A stretch of 29,882 nucleotides of DNA from Candidatus Methylomirabilota bacterium (GTDB lineage: Bacteria; Methylomirabilota; Methylomirabilia; Rokubacteriales; CSP1-6), in the NCBI GenBank assembly GCA_046726415.1, contig JBKPAK010000147.1, positions 1-29,882 of the forward strand, given 5' to 3'. This document shows, piece by piece, positions 26,281 to 29,882 of this stretch. How positions within the stretch are numbered: position 1 is the stretch's first letter; every line of letters starts with the position of its first letter. The translations under genes and the position numbers were made by a program. The notes beneath the pieces were generated by a model. The model made no database searches. It saw only the letters and a program-made list of their open reading frames with translations, and had not been told where the DNA came from.

Positions 26281-27567
26281 ATGACTGGACCAATACGTGC
26301 TCAGCCGTACCCTTCCCTACCGCCCGATCCGCAGTCTCCGTTCTGGTGGTTTCGCTGGGTGCCCGCCGTCCTCTTCGTCGTCCTCATCGTTCACTTCGTC
26401 TACGTCATCGGGCGGCTGGCCATCGTCCCAGTGCTGGCATCGTTCGCGCTCGCCTATCTGTTGAACCCGCTCATGTTGCACGGCCAGAAGCGTGGGCTCT
26501 CCCGGCCCATCGCAGCGGCCCTGGCGCTGCTCGTCGTCGCGCTGGCGGGCATCGCCCTTCTCGCCTTCGTCCTACCGGATCTCTGGGAGCAGGCCGCTGC
26601 CGCCACGCAGAAACTCCTTGGCGCGTTCACGCCGGAGAGCGTCGCTCGGCACCGCGCCTCCCTTCGGCACTATCTCCCGCTGCTGGACGAGCTTGTGGGG
26701 GATCGGCTCGAGCAGTTCCTGCGCGACCCCACCCGCGTCATCGGCTCGCCCCCGGCGTGGGCGCTCGGCGGCCTCGCCACGTTCCTCTCGACCGCGATCG
26801 CGTCCCTCGATATTCTGCTCGTGCCCTTCTTTGTCTATTACATCCTCGTGGACTTCGGCACGTGGCGGAGCGTGTCCGAGGAGCTCATTCCTCCCCGGTT
26901 CCGCGACACCTTCACTCGTCTCTTCGACGAGGTCGGGCGCATCCTCGAGTCCTATGTCCACGGCCAGCTCCTGATCGCCCTCATCATGGCGGTCCTCTAT
27001 GCGGTCGGGTTCGCCGTTCTGAGAGTTCCCGCCTGGGGCGCGATCGCGACGCTGTCCGGCTTGCTGAACACGGTGCCCTATGTGGGAACGATTCTCGGGC
27101 TCGCACTCGCCAGCGCATTGGTGCTGGCCGACGGCGCGAACCTCTGGAAGCTCGGTGGCGTCATTGGCGTGTTTGTAATGGTGCAGAGCCTCGAGGGGTA
27201 CTACCTGACACCGCGCATCCTGGGCGGCCGACTCAGCCTGCACCCGATGGAGGTCCTTCTCGGGTTGCTCATCGGCGGCAACCTCTTCGGCCTGCTGGGC
27301 ATCCTTCTCGCCGTCCCCACGATCGCCGTCGCCAAGGTCTTCTTGAGATTCGCCCGAGAGCTTTACCGGGGCTCGCAGTTCTATCACGCCGGCGCCGTCA
27401 GCCCGGCCGAGGCGCCCAGCCCTATCCTGGAGCAACGGCTGGCCGAGGCCGCCGATACGGCGCTGGCGGACCAGGCGCGGGTAGACCGCGGCGAAGAGCG
27501 TTTGGCTCCCTTGCCGGAGAACGACGACCGCACTACGCCCGATCAAGCTCTCCGGCGGCCGCCCTGA
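26281..27567 (+). CDS. AI-2E (PerM) family transporter
   Basis: LAYLLNP, YVHGQL, VPYVG, QSLEGYYLTPRILG...LHP, GLLGILLAVP. Confidence 0.93.
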   Translation: MTGPIRAQPYPSLPPDPQSPFWWFRWVPAVLFVVLIVHFVYVIGRLAIVPVLASFALAYLLNPLMLHGQKRGLSRPIAAALALLVVALAGIALLAFVLPDLWEQAAAATQKLLGAFTPESVARHRASLRHYLPLLDELVGDRLEQFLRDPTRVIGSPPAWALGGLATFLSTAIASLDILLVPFFVYYILVDFGTWRSVSEELIPPRFRDTFTRLFDEVGRILESYVHGQLLIALIMAVLYAVGFAVLRVPAWGAIATLSGLLNTVPYVGTILGLALASALVLADGANLWKLGGVIGVFVMVQSLEGYYLTPRILGGRLSLHPMEVLLGLLIGGNLFGLLGILLAVPTIAVAKVFLRFARELYRGSQFYHAGAVSPAEAPSPILEQRLAEAADTALADQARVDRGEERLAPLPENDDRTTPDQALRRPP

Positions 27568-27759
27568 GCGGCTGGGACCCCGTGACCGTAGCCGTGGCCG
27601 CCCAGCGTGTCGATCACGCCACGCGCGCCTGTCCAGCAGTCCAGCCACGCCGACATTCCGTCCAAAGGACCGGGTCACTCGAACGAGGCCGGAGGTGGTG
27701 GTAGACTGGCCTTGCCTTCCACTGGGCCCCCTGGTTGACGCAACGAGCGTCCCGCCCCC

Positions 27760-27774
27760 TGGCATTTGGCTTGC
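27760..27774 (+). promoter_or_regulatory. Sigma54 -24/-12 promoter
   Basis: TGGCATTTGGCTTGC, about 60 nt upstream of ATG 27836. Confidence 0.65.
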
Positions 27775-27835
27775 GTCTCCCGTTTCACTATGCGGCGGCC
27801 GTCTCTCTCGGAGCGTCGCGTGGCGGGTTCCCCTG

Positions 27836-28105
27836 ATGCCTGACGAATCTGTCGTTCGCGAAAAGGCCCGCGCCGCGGTCCAGAGTGGAACGCTTCCAGG
27901 CCGACCCCCTGATCGGACGTGGGGAGGTCCGGGCGTCGGGGCAGCCTGCACGATCTGCAAGTTGCCCGTGACGAAGGACGAGATGGAATTCGAGATCCAG
28001 TTCGCGCGGGACGGAGACAGTCCCGGCCTGGATAAGTTCCACGTCCACGTCCGGTGCTTCGCGGCCTGGGAATTTGAGCGGAAGTGGGCCGCGCCCCCGC
28101 GATAG
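27836..28105 (+). CDS. Small putative zinc-finger protein (CxxC...HxxC)
   Basis: WGGPGVGAACTICKLPV...FHVHVRCFAAWEFER; 89 aa. Confidence 0.8.
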   Translation: MPDESVVREKARAAVQSGTLPGRPPDRTWGGPGVGAACTICKLPVTKDEMEFEIQFARDGDSPGLDKFHVHVRCFAAWEFERKWAAPPR

Positions 28106-28236
28106 CCGCGGTCACACAAATCCACAGCGCCGCGCAGACCTGTCAGCCGTTGCCAGTCGGAAGATTGGTCGCGCGTGAGGCGGAGATCCCTAAGTCTAGG
28201 GCGTGTGGGGGTGTGACGACTCATTCCTTCCGCGAT

Positions 28237-28369
28237 GCGTTGACACGTTGACTATCCCTTTGTTCTTGGTTACTTACAACGCGCATCGTGCCAGCGTGTC
28301 AACGCTTCGAGAAAATTGCGTAAATGCCCGTCGCCATAGCGTTTGCAACGCTTGTCAACGCTTGTCACG
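28237..28369. repeat. Cluster of TGTCAACGC-like motifs in both orientations (iteron-like)
   Basis: GCGTTGACA 28237, CGTTGAC 28246, TGTCAACGCT 28297, TGCAACGCT 28344, TGTCAACGCT 28353, TGTCACG 28363, in an AT-richer patch. Confidence 0.6.
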
Positions 28370-28848
28370 GATTTCTGATACCGGGGCTGCGCCCACGCCT
28401 TCAAGCGCCCCCGGGGTGTAGCGCGTCGCGAGGTCGGTCAGGACCGCCGGGTCGAGCAGGTAGAACCGGCCCCGCCGACCACCCCTCGCGCGTATGCCGA
28501 GCCACAAACCCGAGCGGAGCCATGAGTCCCGCCAGACCCCGCGTGCTCTTGAGCCATCCATATCCGCGGTCTCGAACTGCCTCGAGCAAGCTCGGCCGGG
28601 GTGAGGACTGTGCCGACTTCCGCCGCCACCCGCTCGAGCGCCCCGACTGCCCGCTCTCGTCGTCGGCCTTCCCGCGCCTCGCTCAGCTCGCGCGCCGCCC
28701 GAAGGAGCCGCTCCGCGCGGTCCCCGCCCGCCTCCACATCGGCCACCATCGCCAGCGCCAGCAACGGCGCCCAGAGGTCGACGGCCCGGTCGTCCACGTC
28801 CCGACTGTCCAGCACGTCCGGGGCGAGGTTGACGGTCGGTCCTTCCAT
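28355..28848 (-). pseudogene. DUF3631-like phage/satellite replication protein, C-terminal frameshifted remnant
   Basis: DDRAVDLWAPLLALA..AD...GGD..ERLLRAAREL; shifted frames LEAVRDRGYGWLKSTRGLAGLMAPLG and RFYLLDPAVLTDLATRY. Confidence 0.65.
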
Positions 28849-28860
28849 ATCAGTTGATAA

Positions 28861-28908
28861 TGGCGGGCTCGACGGGACTTGAACCCGCGACCTCTGGATT
28901 GACAGTCC
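28861..28908 (-). mobile_element. 3' half of tRNA-Asp(GTC): attachment-site duplication, not an intact tRNA
   Basis: GGACT-GTC-AATCCAGAGGTCGCGGGTTCAAGTCCCGTCGAGCCCGCCA gives the anticodon loop, T-arm, acceptor 3' strand and CCA. The D-arm and 5' GGGCTCG are absent. Confidence 0.9.
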
Positions 28909-29245
28909 CTCTAGCTCTGTAGCCGTTACAACGGAAACCGCCGTTAAGTCGCGTGCTTAGCGGGGGTTCTGCTTCCGGTCTTTCCCCTGACATGTTGGGT
29001 CTAGTTGGCTCATTCGGGGTGGGACTGGGGGCTGGGGTACATGACGCGGTGAAAGACAGCCCCCGCCTATAAGCGGCCGAGCAGAGCTGATCGGATGTGA
29101 TGGGGCGGGCCGCGAGCTTGCTCGCCGACCATGGGACCTGGGGACCACTCGGAGTTCTTCGCCGACGGGCTGCGCCGACTGGTCCGGCCGGCGGTGCCCA
29201 TCGACACACTGACGGGCCCTGAGGTCGCGGAACGTGATGGCAAGC

Positions 29246-29881
29246 TCACCGGCCTTCGAAGAGAAACCGCTCGCTCCGCCGGAGGATGAACCCAAAACAG
29301 AGCGCGGCCGTGTCGTGGTTGCCAGCGAGGATGTATGTCTCGGGGTCCCCGAGTGCGGCGCGCAGCGAGAGCCCCGTGGCCGCGGGCACGACCGTGTCCG
29401 AGGCGCCCAGGAAGAGAAGGATGCGGGCTGGCTCGACAAAGCGGCCGAGGCGTTGCGGGTCGGTACGCACCGCCTGCGCGAACTCTCGGCGGAGCGTTTG
29501 CAAGTCCACCCCGCGGGCCTTCCAGGCGGCGCGATACGCCGCGACCGACGACTCTACACTCTCCTCGAGAATCCGCGGGAGATCACCTCCTGGAAGGACG
29601 AAGACGGCCCGGCCGATCGAGGGCTCGACGGCCAGTAGTATGCCGCCAAAAATCCCGCCCGCGGAGACCCCCACGTAATGAACTTGGCCTGCGTCGATCA
29701 CGTTCATTTCCCGGAGCACCCAGAGGGCCATCCGCGCGGCAACCACCGCGTCGCGAAGGCGGACCTCGACTTCCGCCGGGGTCAGGTGTGGCTCGAGGAA
29801 GACCTTCTCGGGGACGATGACCGCGGCGTGAATGCCACCGCGTGCGTAGCGGGCAGCAAGGTAGCGCGCCGCGTAGGCGGC
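29246..29881 (-). CDS. Alpha/beta hydrolase (partial; starts beyond the window)
   Basis: Frame open to the window edge; GVSAGG nucleophile elbow, ASDTVVP, GNH. Confidence 0.85.
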   Translation of the reverse strand, partial: AAYAARYLAARYARGGIHAAVIVPEKVFLEPHLTPAEVEVRLRDAVVAARMALWVLREMNVIDAGQVHYVGVSAGGIFGGILLAVEPSIGRAVFVLPGGDLPRILEESVESSVAAYRAAWKARGVDLQTLRREFAQAVRTDPQRLGRFVEPARILLFLGASDTVVPAATGLSLRAALGDPETYILAGNHDTAALCFGFILRRSERFLFEGR

Positions 29882-29882
29882 C

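Noticed and set aside
26202..28224. 500-aa and 550-aa ORFs overlapping AI-2E
   Set aside because: Alternative-frame or antisense Arg/Pro-rich shadows.
12766..28247. Identical 12-mer TGCGTTGACACG at 12766 and 28236
   Set aside because: 12-mer matches are expected by chance in 30 kb.
28861..28940. Intact tRNA-Asp gene
   Set aside because: No D-arm and no 5' acceptor strand complementary to CGAGCCC.
1..29882. CRISPR array, rRNA, reverse transcriptase, toxin-antitoxin or restriction systems
   Set aside because: No regularly spaced repeats or diagnostic motifs seen on either strand.

Overview
GC-rich bacterial window. The protein families (STAND/TPR class III cyclases, the amidohydrolase and integrase styles, a small CxxC/HxxC protein) suggest a Rokubacteria/Methylomirabilota-like soil bacterium; this is inference. 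The window reads as a heavily eroded, tRNA-Asp-associated genomic island. About 18 apparently intact cargo genes are present: aldo/keto reductase, VOC, phosphoesterase/PLC, two class III cyclases, cupin, two SDR-type enzymes, a patatin lipoprotein, a Tat-exported MBL, P450, LLM, a YihY-DUF421 fusion, AI-2E, three small proteins and a partial hydrolase. Between them lie about 20 short remnants, many missed by the ORF track. Mobile-element remnants: tyrosine integrase N-terminus, IS91 transposase, large serine recombinase C-terminus, IS21-like end, DUF3631, and a tRNA-Asp 3' half (att site). Ordinary-gene remnants: BTAD, TPR, amidohydrolase, chloroperoxidase N- and C-ends, two ECF sigma pieces, PaoB, cupin, CMD, receiver, VOC, TolB-like and acyl-CoA ligase. 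I see no complete novel system: no CRISPR, reverse transcriptase or defence operon. The best leads are the microhomology-joined mosaic itself, a circularly permuted duplication flanking the patatin gene, a cyclase with a charge-swapped base-specificity pair, a cyclase with a tandem N-terminal domain, the in-frame YihY-DUF421 fusion, sigma54-type promoters on stress genes including an unannotated 23-aa peptide, and a 128-bp palindrome. All family calls come from motif recognition by eye, not database searches.
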